Assembly: GCA_050230475.1 (NCBI GenBank)
Contig: JBFLGF010000136.1
Coordinates: forward strand, 55,469 to 75,468
Source of the DNA: Ancylonema sp.
Taxonomy: Eukaryota
Direction: 5' to 3'
Length of the DNA stretch: 20,000 nucleotides
Positions 10,269-20,000 of the stretch are shown here, piece after piece. The notes beneath the pieces were generated by a model. That model saw only the letters and a list, made by a program, of their open reading frames with translations, made no database searches and had not been told where the DNA came from. The position numbers and the translations under genes are program-made. Every line of letters starts with the position of its first letter. Position 1 is the first letter of the stretch.

Positions 10269-11641
10269 CTACCCCCCACTCCCACTCTGCGTCCCGTTCT
10301 GCATCATCTTGATCAGTCTGTCGAATGTGAGTGTGCCTGCTCCGAACCCCTCCACCGTCGCCCTTGCCTGTGGGAACGCTGCCTGCGCTGTGGCGCTGCT
10401 CCTCATCATCACACAAGGCATACCGATGCGCAGAGCAGACTGAAGACCGCCGTGGGTCCCACCCACCAACACACACTGACGGGAAGGAAGGTGAACCAAC
10501 TCCGCCGCAGCACGTAGAGCTGCCACCTGGCGCTTACCCCTGCACTCAGCAACACATGCAGTGGGACTCAGATAGTGGGGCGAAGGCCAACATTTAGGGC
10601 GGCAGGGTTGGGGATGGGGTAAGGGTGCGTTTCCGTACTGTGTACTCGAAGTGGCCTCCAGTTCTACGCTCACTTTCAGTTCTGCCGCCACCTCCTCCGC
10701 CACCCTCTGCCTTTCTGCCGCCACCTGTTCTGCCACAGCCACCGCCAGCCGCTCGTCCAGACTCCCCGTGCTCCCCAACCCCAAGGCCACCTGCGCGTAC
10801 AAGCTGCCGTCCACCACGGACTCGTCCACCAAAACGATTTCCCCCTCGGGCAGGGCGCCCCGGAGGCGGTTCACGAGGGCACGCCCCACGTTCTCGCCGC
10901 ACTTGGCGTAGGCGGTGAGGACGGCCACGGGGGAACCGGCGGCCTGAGCCTCGCGGAGGAAGTCTTGGAGACCCGGTGTGAGGGGAAGGTCGCCGCGGAG
11001 GGCGGCCGCGTCGAGCGCCCTGCGCTTGGCTTGCACGACCTTGGTGACGAAGAGGGGGTAGTCGGCGGTGGGGAGGGTGGAGGGCCAACCAGTGGTCTCG
11101 AAGAAGAGGCGGACGAGGGCCTCCTCGTTCCCGCCGCTCGATCGCCACAGGTCGGTGTACAGGGGGGGGGTCCAGTTGGCGCAATCCAGACCCAATTCGT
11201 GGAAGGCTGCGTGCAGGAAGGGAAGCTATGAGCGTGGGAACGCCATGGAATCGACTGTTTTCACGGTGTGCTCACTGCTTACCGCTGTTGAAGGCCTGAC
11301 GATGGCCGTGCTTGTGGAGATCGACGATGACACTGCACTCACACGGCGGGCTGGTCAGAGGGACGAGGGCAGCGGAGGGGCTGTGGGACCCACCCCTCGA
11401 TTTCCAGAACGATCGCCAATGCAGACTCTTTCGATTCTGGTCCACCCGTCGAAACCTCGTCCAAGCTGCTGCTTCGAACAACGAGGGAGGGGCATTGACG
11501 CGATCGCAAATGGCAGGACTCATTCAACGGTGCAGTACCGAAATCGGCGAAATTGGTGGTGAAGGACGGAGACGAGAAAGGAATGACAGCTCGTGGGAGG
11601 GTAGAAGCCAATTTCTTCGGGCTAAAACAAATGAGATTCAT
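10269..11641 (-). CDS. CbbY-like haloacid dehalogenase (HAD) superfamily protein with probable plastid transit peptide, about 378 aa, 4 exons
   Basis: Exons on the minus strand are 11641-11394, 11332-11283, 11206-10639 and 10539-10269, all GT-AG and phase-consistent. Motifs LAIVLEIEGVIVDLHKHGHRQAFNSAFHELGLDCANW, GWPSTLP, LPLTPGLQDFL, QRVAEEVAAELK, ALRAAAE and IGMPCVMMRSS match the plant CbbY-like family as I recall it. Confidence 0.9.
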
Positions 11642-11964
11642 TGCAACTAGCAACTCTATCTGGGCACAATGTGGCCTATACGGCGGCCGGCCGTGGAGCT
11701 CACCACCTCTGCATACTACCTTCGCACGGAAACAGCATAGCACGGCATCGAACACAAGGTGATACTCCTGAAGATGGCAATTGGCAATGCCAATTTGGCA
11801 TAACTGCACCACTCTGCTGCCCCACGGAGATTCCGACGCTTCTGCATTCCGTTCCTGTCAGGGAGGGGCAGTTCAGGGCCGAACCGCTTCCCGTGGGGCG
11901 TTATCAGGGCGGAAACAAGAGAACGAATAAAACTTTGTCAAAATAAATATCGCCACTACGGACT

Positions 11965-12481
11965 TAGTGTGCGCGGAGCCCGGATCTCAATGAGCCCGAA
12001 TCGCACAATATCAGGGCTTCATGAGCTCAGAGTCTAAAGGGGTCGATGGGCTCCGGCTCCGAGCGTAAATGTCGGACCACTCATGCTTCTGGATTTCTTG
12101 AAAACTCAGGGTGTTGTTGGTCCTCCCCCACGACTTTGCCTAATTTATGTGCGACAACCACTTTAAATTTTGCGACGTCACCCTCCGAGCTGCATTCAAA
12201 TGCGCCACCTCATCCCCAACGCCTTCCAACGCAATATGAGGTTGCCAGGTTGCTTCACGCCAAACCTCAAGGTCAGTTTGTAGTGCCTAAGAAAAAATCC
12301 GCTCTTTGTTAGAAAATTAATGTATGGGTCAAAATCAGCTCTTCACCATACATAGAATAGAGTCCGTAGTTGAAGAAGTGGTAGTGGAAGAAAGAGTCGG
12401 GAGAATCTGCGAATGGAAGTACCAGGCTTCTTCCTCCACCTATAGCCTACATTCGACTTTGTTGGTTGTTGGCCGTTGTTG
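11965..12481 (+). mobile_element. Left arm of a diverged inverted repeat; probable decayed DNA transposon end (TAGTG terminus, GAGCCC/GGGCTC motifs) plus internal sequence
   Basis: By manual alignment, 11965-12040 matches the reverse complement of 19690-19765 (55/76, ungapped). 12109-12296 matches that of 16948-17135 (about 75%), and 12424-12481 matches that of 16869-16926 (50/58). TAGTG fits the hAT terminal consensus YARNG. Confidence 0.6.
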
Positions 12482-14592
12482 CGAGCAATCACATCAATCT
12501 ATGGAGTTGGATGTTGAGTGTATTGTATTGACATATCAAAGAACAAAAGATTTTTTCTACGTTTGCAATTGTTAGGACCTATTGCACGTCACAATTCTTC
12601 CAAACGACTCTTGGCATGTATGCACCCGCCACCCTCTCCTCTATATCCATACATTTTTTTGACCGAGCTCAGATCTTGATGTCACCAAAAGAAGAAGTAA
12701 AGTCGTCGAATTATTGCCTTATTAACTGGCCCCATGCACAAGCGAGCGATAAACTAAAACATTTTCACCACCAAGGTTACACTTCGTGAACCCATAGCTC
12801 CGTAGTCAAAATCTCAAAACTACATAACTCCGATTTTGCAAGTTTCAATGCCAAACAAGAACGTCAACGAGTTGCCACTAGAAAAATTGAATATATTTTT
12901 AAATTCCACCTCTCGCCATCACGAGTTTTAGCTAGCTAGACAAGGCCTTACCAGACATGTAAGATTTTGTAATGTGCAAGGCCAGGGAGCCCAATGTCAA
13001 TGAGCTTAATGAAGATGATGAGGAGCCCCCACGGGTGCGACCTCTTCGCAGTGACGCGCTCCAACAGCACGAGCGTTACCTGATTCAAACCCATTTCCTG
13101 ACTGGCCTCTCCACATAGAGGTAGACGAGCACGCAAGGATAACATTGAGTGTGGACGTTGGGATCGCGTCTAACGCGTCTAACCACACAACATAGCTCGT
13201 GACGAGGAATTAAAGCTCGACTGAGGTATTGCGTTGCAAAATGTACCTCCGGAAAGTAGTATAAGGAGTGATTCTCGAAGCTTCAACATTGACTGGTTTG
13301 TTGTCGCCATCGGGAAAAGGCACTCTCCCGAACGCACGCCGGACTCTTTTTTGTTTCATCCCACATCCTCAAATCCCCATTTCCATGTCCTTCGTATTTC
13401 CGTGTGGTGAAAAGTCTTTCCGGTCCCTTAAAGTGTTTGCGGGCTCCAAGCACCCACCCCCCAACCGCAATACAAGTCACGATTCCGAGGGTCACTAGGG
13501 CGTAATTAAGAATCGTCTGCGATAGGGGCAGGGGCCAGAGCGGGAGCGGGGATGGGGGGGAAAACGGAAACAAGACTTCAAGAATAAGATTCAAGAGCGA
13601 TTAAATAGAGCACTGCTGCTGCTACTGCTTGATGAACACGAAGAAAAACGGTGAAAAAACTATCGAAATTCAAGTACGTTGATGAGACACGACGCATGGA
13701 TCAAAACGCGGGAAATCCAATCCACTCTCTTTTTGTTCCATTCACCTCTGCCCTCTCAACAAAATAGGCATTCTAACATAATAACATCCACCACGCAAAT
13801 GAGCTTGAATCGCACATCCACCCCCCGCCCCCCCGCTTGTCCCCCTCACAGAGTTGGTCAGGTATGTCGTCGGCAATACCATGACGACAACGATGAATAT
13901 GTTGAACAAAACGGACTATGTATGTCTTCCCCCCCAAGCTGAACGGCCCAGGGACGAAGCTCTCGCGGCCCACGGTGAGGGAAAGGAAAATGGGTGTCAT
14001 AACTCTAGAGATCGCTAAGGCAAAAACCCCTCTAGATTGATCAAAGATTCCTCTATATTAATACTCTTTTATAACGAGAGTATCCGATTTAACGATTTAT
14101 AGAAGTAGTATTTACAAGAAAAATAGTGAAGTACGAAATTTGTACGACTCGGAAATAACGCGTGGCGTATTTTCCGAAGTCTAGAATCCAGCAGTTTCAA
14201 CAGATAGCTGCGTGTCGATTTTTGATAAATCGGAAGTCACTTTCGACTTGTCGATAATCCCGGCGATAAAATCCAGCCGTAGAACTAGAGTAATATCTCG
14301 TGCCGTTTCATCGTAGCATCGAGATTAAATTGAAAGCCAGCCTGTCGTAATCTTTGATGACTACTTATGTCGGTTAGCACCGCGCAACAATTTTTGCGAT
14401 GAAAGTCAATTTGTACTTTCATATCTGCCAGCTTCCGCTGTCAGATTGCGCTGTTAAGAAATTCCCTAAACAATCTTTTGTGTTATCTTTTTTTTTTTTT
14501 TTTTGCAATTCTTTGAATCTTGCATCCCTTCGCTTACGCGACTTCGCAACGTGCTCGTCTTTCGTCTCAACCTGACATCCGTCAGCGAGACT

Positions 14593-14894
14593 ACTGTAAA
14601 TTCTGCAAATTATCATTTGCAAATTGTGTGTGTGTGTGTGTATTTCGATTCATGTGAATCTGTCGCTGACGCTCTTTCTGAGCCAGCCGTGTAATCGACT
14701 GTAAATTCTTGCATCGATTCGCTGACGCTCTCTCTGAGCCAGCAAGCGTGTGTGTGTGTGTGAAAGATTTGTCGATTTGCCTGCGTTCGCTCCGAACCGG
14801 CACTTTTCAGTTGTGTGTTGTGTGCTTGCTATTGCTTGCTCCGAGCGAGCATCTGTTGTTTACACATATTTGTTGACGCTCTTTCTGAGCCAGC
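14593..14894 (+). repeat. Three direct copies of (TCGC)TGACGCTCT[T/C]TCTGAGCCAGC interspersed with (TG)n tracts
   Basis: Copies lie at 14663-14687, 14719-14743 and 14874-14894. ACTGTAAATTCT occurs at about 14594 and 14698. (TG)n tracts lie at 14625-14641 and 14748-14762. Confidence 0.85.
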
Positions 14895-15383
14895 ATCTTT
14901 TATCGACGCACTGTCGATACTTCACTTTCGCACCGAAAGTAACTCTTACGGCTGTTAACCTTCATAGTCTGCACCAGATTATTTTGTGTGTTTTATGGTA
15001 TTTTCTACGACTTTTATACTGTAAACCATTTGTTACCTTGCCCTCAACGTTAAGTAGTGAATTTCACCAGACCGCTGAGACGAGTGATAGATATAATATT
15101 GATATCTCAGCAAAGACGCAATCTGCACTACTACTTAGTGAGAGCAGCACAATACCATATTGTGACATTATGAGACATGACCAACATTCATCGATATCAA
15201 ATTGTGACTTTATGAAGATATGATCAATATCCAGCACTTAGAGAATAATACATTCAGAAATAGTTTAGAGAGCAATGATTGAGACCAACTCAATTCAAAG
15301 ACAAGTACAAGTCACAAGTCAAAAACATCATTCCGGGCGGCCGACTCCAAACCGCACGTCATGGGGATGCTAGGGGAGACAAG

Positions 15384-15436
15384 GCGGGGACGGGGTGGGG
15401 GCGGGGGCGGGGGCGGGAGCGGGGGCGGGAGCGGGA
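15384..15436 (+). repeat. (GGG[G/A]GC)n G-rich tandem repeat
   Basis: gcggggacggggtgggggcgggggcgggggcgggagcgggggcgggagcggg. Confidence 0.8.
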
Positions 15437-16118
15437 TTAGGGAGGTGAGATTATTTACTTAATCACCTATGCATAAATGATAATGGCAATGTTTGGGGTA
15501 TGAGGTATTTGTATGGTGGTGGCAAAAAGGTGCACACACATGTGACTCATATGTCGATGTGTGTTTTTTGTGCATATAGTAATTACACCGTACCATACCA
15601 AGCACTCGTTCAATATTTTGAACATCCTCGTGTGAATGTATGCGTGGTAGAAGACTTTTGGGTTTGTTTTGGGGCAGCTTCTGGGCTTCTGACTTGTGTT
15701 TTTTCCTACTTAAGAATACGACATGTGGAATCCGATAACCATTACCGACGTCAACGCGGTTAACACGATTTTTCCTCCGAACATGGACATGGCGAGGGCG
15801 AGGGAGATGAGGGAGGTGAAGAGGATGCTCATGAGGGGAGGGGAGTCTTGAGGGTGGGGTGCACATAGCGCAGGTGGCGCCAGATGATAGGGAACGCCGT
15901 TTCGCGGTTCATGGCATACATTTGGAAGGGGGGGGGGGGGGTTGGGGAATGGGTGGGGAGTTGGGGGTGGGGTGGGGAGGATGGGTAAGGGGAGAGGTGA
16001 GTTGGGTTTGATGGAATGTTCTTAGGTGTGATTTAGCGCGGAGTCTAGTTTGGGATGGGTACGTTCGTACGTAGGTGTTGCTCTAAATGGTTTCTTCTCA
16101 ATTGGGACCCTATGAGGG

Positions 16119-16188
16119 GTACGGATTGGTGCGGAAGGGTACAAAATAGTACGGAATGTTACAGAATGGTAAAGAAATGTACGGAATG
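16119..16188 (+). repeat. Degenerate ~10-bp GTACGGAATG repeats
   Basis: gtacggattg...gtacaaaata gtacggaatg ttacagaatg gtaaagaaat gtacggaatg. Further GTACG motifs occur near 16058-16072, 16290 and 16545-16590. Confidence 0.6.
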
Positions 16189-18312
16189 CCGCCCCACGGT
16201 TGCACCTTCTTTTCTTTCCAAAAGTGGACTACGGAGGAGTATGGCCGACCTTTGATTCATTATGTAGCACTACGAATGAAATGCGATCGTACGGACATGT
16301 GAATCGATGAAACAATCCACACACATCCACATCCAATCCAGAACTCGACTCGCATCACCATTCCAAAGCACGATGCACAACACTAATGTATGAATGCATG
16401 AATGAGTAGAATGAGTATTTCGCACCCAAAGTAAGAGACGAGAGTATTGATTACCACCCTTGATGCACTTCTCGGTGTGCTCTCTCCCGAGAAGAATGCC
16501 CCTATCATAGGGAGGGTTGTCACCAGGATGGCCCCCGTGGAGGATCCGTACCGTCCGTGGAACCCCTCGTGGGATTTTTGTACGGCACCGTAGCCGGCGG
16601 TGTTTTGCCTCGCTCCGAGGTTGTCCGAGCAACAACGACACGCGCGAATATTGCGATGCCATCGGCCATCATCTCCGTTGGAGAGTTAAAGGAGCTAGGG
16701 CATGGGGAAGGTGTTGTCGGTGAAACGAATATTGTGATGACAAGAGAAGACAAGAGATGACGAAGGTAACGAAGGTGCCGGAGTTGTTCGGCTACAAACA
16801 TTTCCTACGTGTTGAGAAGTGTGGGGAATAAAATGAAGAAGCAACATCATCACTAGACTAGCGTTAAACATCAACGGCCAACACCCAACAAAGTCTATTG
16901 TAGGCTATAGAAGAAGGAAGGAGCCTAGAAGTTCGAGTCGACTGTAGTTCTTCCCAAGCACCACATTCTGACCTCTAGGTTTGGCGTGAAGCAATCTAGC
17001 ACCCTCGTGTTGCGCGGAAAGGCGTTGCATATAAGGTGGCGCACTTGTATGTAGCTAGTCTGGATGACGTTGTATAATTTGAAGTGGTTGTTTCACAAAA
17101 ACTAGGTACAACCGCGATGGAGGACCAATAGCACCATATTGTCCTTCTACAACAAGCGAATAGGTTGAGAGAGCTTAGCATTCAGGAGGTAGGGCTCCAT
17201 AAGGCTCCACTTGAACTCCGCAACGAGCGCACCTCCTAAACATAGGGCGAGCCTTTGTGACTGTGATGAGCAGCGCCTTGGGCAAAAAAGAGCGTTGGCT
17301 CACCAAGGCTAGCCAGAAAAGGCCGAGGGAAAAGGAGGGTGGTACAAATGTGAGGGAGGGCACGATCGCGTTCCACTTCAGTGTTTACCTCGGATGTAGA
17401 TTGCTTAAGAAAATGTGGCAATTGATAGGTACAAGCGGGATCACGGAGAACTGAGGACAAGGGCTTTGGTTTGCTTAGAAAGGAAGGATCTCAACACTGG
17501 AGAGTTGAAAGATGGGGTGTGTACCTGAAAGTAGGACTCACCTACGGCTGAAATTTGTTGAAGGCAAAGCTGAACATAAGAAGTATGTGAAGAGACACAA
17601 GCAAACATAAAAATATGTGAATCATAGAAGCTCCTCAACCTACCAATGAGGTGGCAAGGACAGTACAACTCAAATCATGCTCTTCATAAACGAGAAGTCC
17701 TTCCACTATCACGATGGAAAGAAAAAACACACATCGGTTGTCACGACATGCAAATTCCCAAGCTAGGCCTGTGTCACTGGAAACCGAAAGGCTCTAGCAT
17801 CGCATCCTAGCAGCCCACAAGGCAGGACACAAAGAGCCAAGAGTATGGCAATCGACAAAAAATGGTCCCCTTCTCCTCTCCCTCTTTTAGAAGGTGACCC
17901 TCCACACACCACAAACCAAAGACCACCACATAAAGCCCCTTCCGAGGTTGACGGCATGAAATATATATTGATCCCCGGCCTCATTTTTTATCGAGAGGCC
18001 TTTGATACGGAAGAAAACAAGTGCCTTAGTATTTTATACACTACAAATTTATTACCAAGAAAACAACCCACGTATATAGTACAGTATATCCGAATTTTCC
18101 AACTACATAACGTGATCTGAGAGGTTGGGTATTTTTGGGATCTTGAAATTGATATGATGCAGTAATTATTTCATGAATGATTTAGGGACTGTGGTTGTCT
18201 ACGGGCTCCTAATGAAGTATTAAGACCCGCTTCGTTTGTTTGTTTTGAGAATTAGCTTGAAATACACATTAACTTCAGAATCTCTCGTTCTTTGGGGCAC
18301 CATTGAGTTCTT

Positions 18313-18530
18313 CACTACAAGAAAATACACAATATATGTCTACCATGATATTCAAGCAATTAATAGATGATCCCCAAGCATGTTTTAAAGCTTGTTAACC
18401 CCTAGCATGGCAAACTAGGGCCTAAATTTCCCTCCGAGGAGAAAATAACCGATGACACATAATTGATAGCCGATAGCCGATTGCCAATAACCGAAAACCG
18501 ATACCCGATAACCAATAACCGATAACCGGT
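18313..18530 (+). mobile_element. CACTA (En/Spm)-type terminus followed by 7-bp TAACCGA-type tandem repeats
   Basis: 18313-18325 is CACTACAAGAAAA, identical to the 13-bp En/Spm TIR. 18468-18530 is tagccga tagccga ttgccaa taaccga aaaccga tacccga taaccaa taaccga taaccgg. No partner TIR was found downstream in the window. Confidence 0.55.
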
Positions 18531-19290
18531 ATTCAAATTGCGAAGTCCACTATCCGCTTCCTGCATTCGAGCCAAGGTACATATGCAACAAGGTGGAGGG
18601 CAGCCCTAGCAGGAAAAGGACAAAATGTGTTGTGAATTTTCATGACAAAAAGAAGTGCAAAGATTGCCACGTTTCTCAGCTCGCGAGTGCATCTGGTATT
18701 GGCTTTGCAAATTGTCGAGTTAAAGTAAAACACCTTGCAAAACCAAAAAGCGCTACTTCGCTTGAATACATGCGTTGTTAATTCGTGGGTGGGACCAAGA
18801 CTTCGAAAAACTTCAATGAGAGTTTGATCTCTATATTTACAACCTTGTAAACACAATTACCGTGATGGCATCTAAGACGCAGTTAGTCGTTGTAAACATG
18901 GAACATCTCACTTGTTAGGTTGACTCCCGGAAGTGAATCTAGACAAACGCAGTTACGCACGCACCTTGAGCTTGCAAGTTTTGTTCGTTACTCGTTTTTA
19001 AATGGCAATGTAATCTACTCTTTGGTTGCAAGTTGATGTCGCATTTGCACGGTCCACTCCGATCCTTTGCATAGATTTTGACAATTCCATTCACGCACCA
19101 TTATACCAAATCTTGATTCTGATTTTCAATGCAATAACCACAATTCAACGTTTCGTCTCTATTTTTGTTTGCTTTTGTCACATTGAAAGTTGCCTCAAGT
19201 CTTTAGATATTAAAGTTCCTATTTTTTTTGTCACCCTTGCATTAATCGAAATGAAGGATAATGTTGAACTGAGTACTTCACGAGTACCGC

Positions 19291-19619
19291 ACCAGCCAGA
19301 GACAACGCGCGTGAAAATAATTACCGTTTTGATTGGCGCACACATTCTTGGCACGTACTAAAATAATTATTTTGAACACTCTGGTGCGTACTTTTAACTC
19401 AAATAAATAAATAAAATCGACGATAATTTGGCGTAGTACAAAAATCCAATACAAAAAATTCCAAATACACGTGGCGCAGTTGAAAAACAGTTAGTCAAAA
19501 ATTGCCAGGCGCACACTTTTGGCGCGTACCAATTAATTAAAAAAACGTTGGCGCAAGTGTTTGGAGCGTACTCCTATTAATTAATTTTCCGATGTGCTGG
19601 CGCATTATCTCTGGCTGGT
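19291..19619. mobile_element. MITE-like element, about 329 bp, with 20-bp terminal inverted repeats
   Basis: 19291-19310 (ACCAGCCAGAGACAACGCGC) matches the reverse complement of 19600-19619 (ACCAGCCAGAGATAATGCGC) at 18/20. The AT-rich non-coding interior has repeated GGCGCA...TTGGCGCGTAC motifs. Confidence 0.7.
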
Positions 19620-20000
19620 ATTGGTATTACTCGACTACTACCGAATATTACGGAACGAATAGAGAATGGGGGTGACCAAGGTAGAGAGACCATTGGGCTC
19701 GGGGATCAAGGAGCCCAAATCTTCTGGGATTCGGGATCATTGGGCTCCGGCCTCCTTGTGCACTACTAGCACCATCTCCGTCCCTAATATTTGTGGAATA
19801 AAACAAAAGACGGGGCATGATTTTTCTAGTATTATACATGAATTGTCATCATTAAAAAAAAACACATTCATGTCCCGTTAGTTTTGAATACTGCACCGCC
19901 GTCTGGTCACCATGTACAACACAATAAACACAATCCTGGTCCCTAGAATTAAACTATGTACCAGCATACGCTACCGCATCGACCCCATCATCCCTCACAG

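Larger units (their letters stand above)
14001..15715. mobile_element. 1715-bp insertion splitting a permease exon; unclassified non-autonomous element or composite
   Basis: Removing it restores the in-frame minus-strand sequence TCG TAT ATG ACA CCC ATT (S-Y-M-T-P-I). It is mostly AT-rich, with poly-T, (TG)n and internal direct repeats, and has no recognisable ORF. Confidence 0.65.
13283..15921 (-). pseudogene. 3' part of a BAT1/GABA-permease-like amino-acid permease (APC superfamily), decayed and interrupted
   Basis: 15921-15716 reads MYAMNRETAFPIIWRHLRYVHPTLKTPL/MSILFTSLISLALAMSMFGGKIVLTALTSVMVIGFHMSY, with a frameshift from a 5-bp CCCTC duplication and a presumed acceptor reading ccaa instead of ccag. 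After an insertion, 14000-13850 reads MTPIFLSLTVGRESFVPGPFSLGG.../LFNIFIVVVMVLPTTYLTNS with another frameshift. A GT-AG intron spans 13849-13517. 13516-13283 reads TILNYALVTLG...WVLGARKHFKGP. The motifs YAM.R...P, F.PGPFSLG, LNY and ARKHFKGP occur in the correct order. Confidence 0.85.
16869..19765 (-). mobile_element. Right arm of the inverted repeat: decayed transposon-like sequence with nested insertions
   Basis: Contains three segments matching 11965-12481 in inverted, collinear order. One plus-strand frame in 16869-17230 looks like a decayed ORF, with several TAG/TAA codons consistent with CAG/CAA deamination. Confidence 0.5.

Noticed and set aside
12911..12939. CTCG..CGAG hairpin plus CTAG as a Helitron 3' end
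   Set aside because: The stem is only 4 bp and CTAG is not followed by T.
12948..13250. Short ORFs downstream of the permease pseudogene
   Set aside because: No recognisable similarity in any frame.
14663..14894. CRISPR-like direct repeats
   Set aside because: Only three copies, with irregular spacing, microsatellite spacers, no cas genes and a eukaryotic context.
15260..15375. Possible N-terminal permease exon remnant inside the insertion
   Set aside because: Multiple stops and frameshifts are required; the similarity is too weak.
17739..17990. TGTCACGAC resembling the start of an LTR
   Set aside because: No second LTR, PBS, clear PPT or TSD was found.
18593..18781. CKDC...KHL ORF resembling a BED zinc finger
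   Set aside because: The conserved aromatic residues and His spacing are missing, and no transposase core follows.

Overview
Eukaryotic nuclear DNA from the green plant lineage, probably a streptophyte: GC-rich exons, short spliceosomal introns, organellar transit peptides and plant-type orthologues. It is not prokaryotic, and I found no CRISPR array, rRNA or tRNA. From about 1.2 to 11.6 kb there is a compact block of five spliced genes in strictly alternating orientation. These are a ubiquitin-like/SAYSvFN (SAYSD1-family) protein (-), a universal stress protein (+), organellar methionyl-tRNA formyltransferase (-), replication factor C subunit 1 (+) and a CbbY-like HAD protein (-). Exon models were built by hand, and all splice phases are consistent. 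From about 11.96 kb the window becomes gene-free and repeat-rich. Diverged inverted arms (11965-12481 versus 16869-19765) enclose a decayed BAT1-like amino-acid permease pseudogene, which is itself split by a clean 1.7 kb insertion. An En/Spm-type terminus and a MITE-like element lie within the right arm. The most notable observations are this inverted-arm structure, a telomere/telo-box-like minisatellite in an RFC1 intron, a stop-free in-frame GC-AG intron in FMT, G-rich introns without pyrimidine tracts, and an unexplained long ORF between two divergent genes. I see no convincing evidence of a new multi-gene biological system. Family assignments come from recalled motifs, not database searches.
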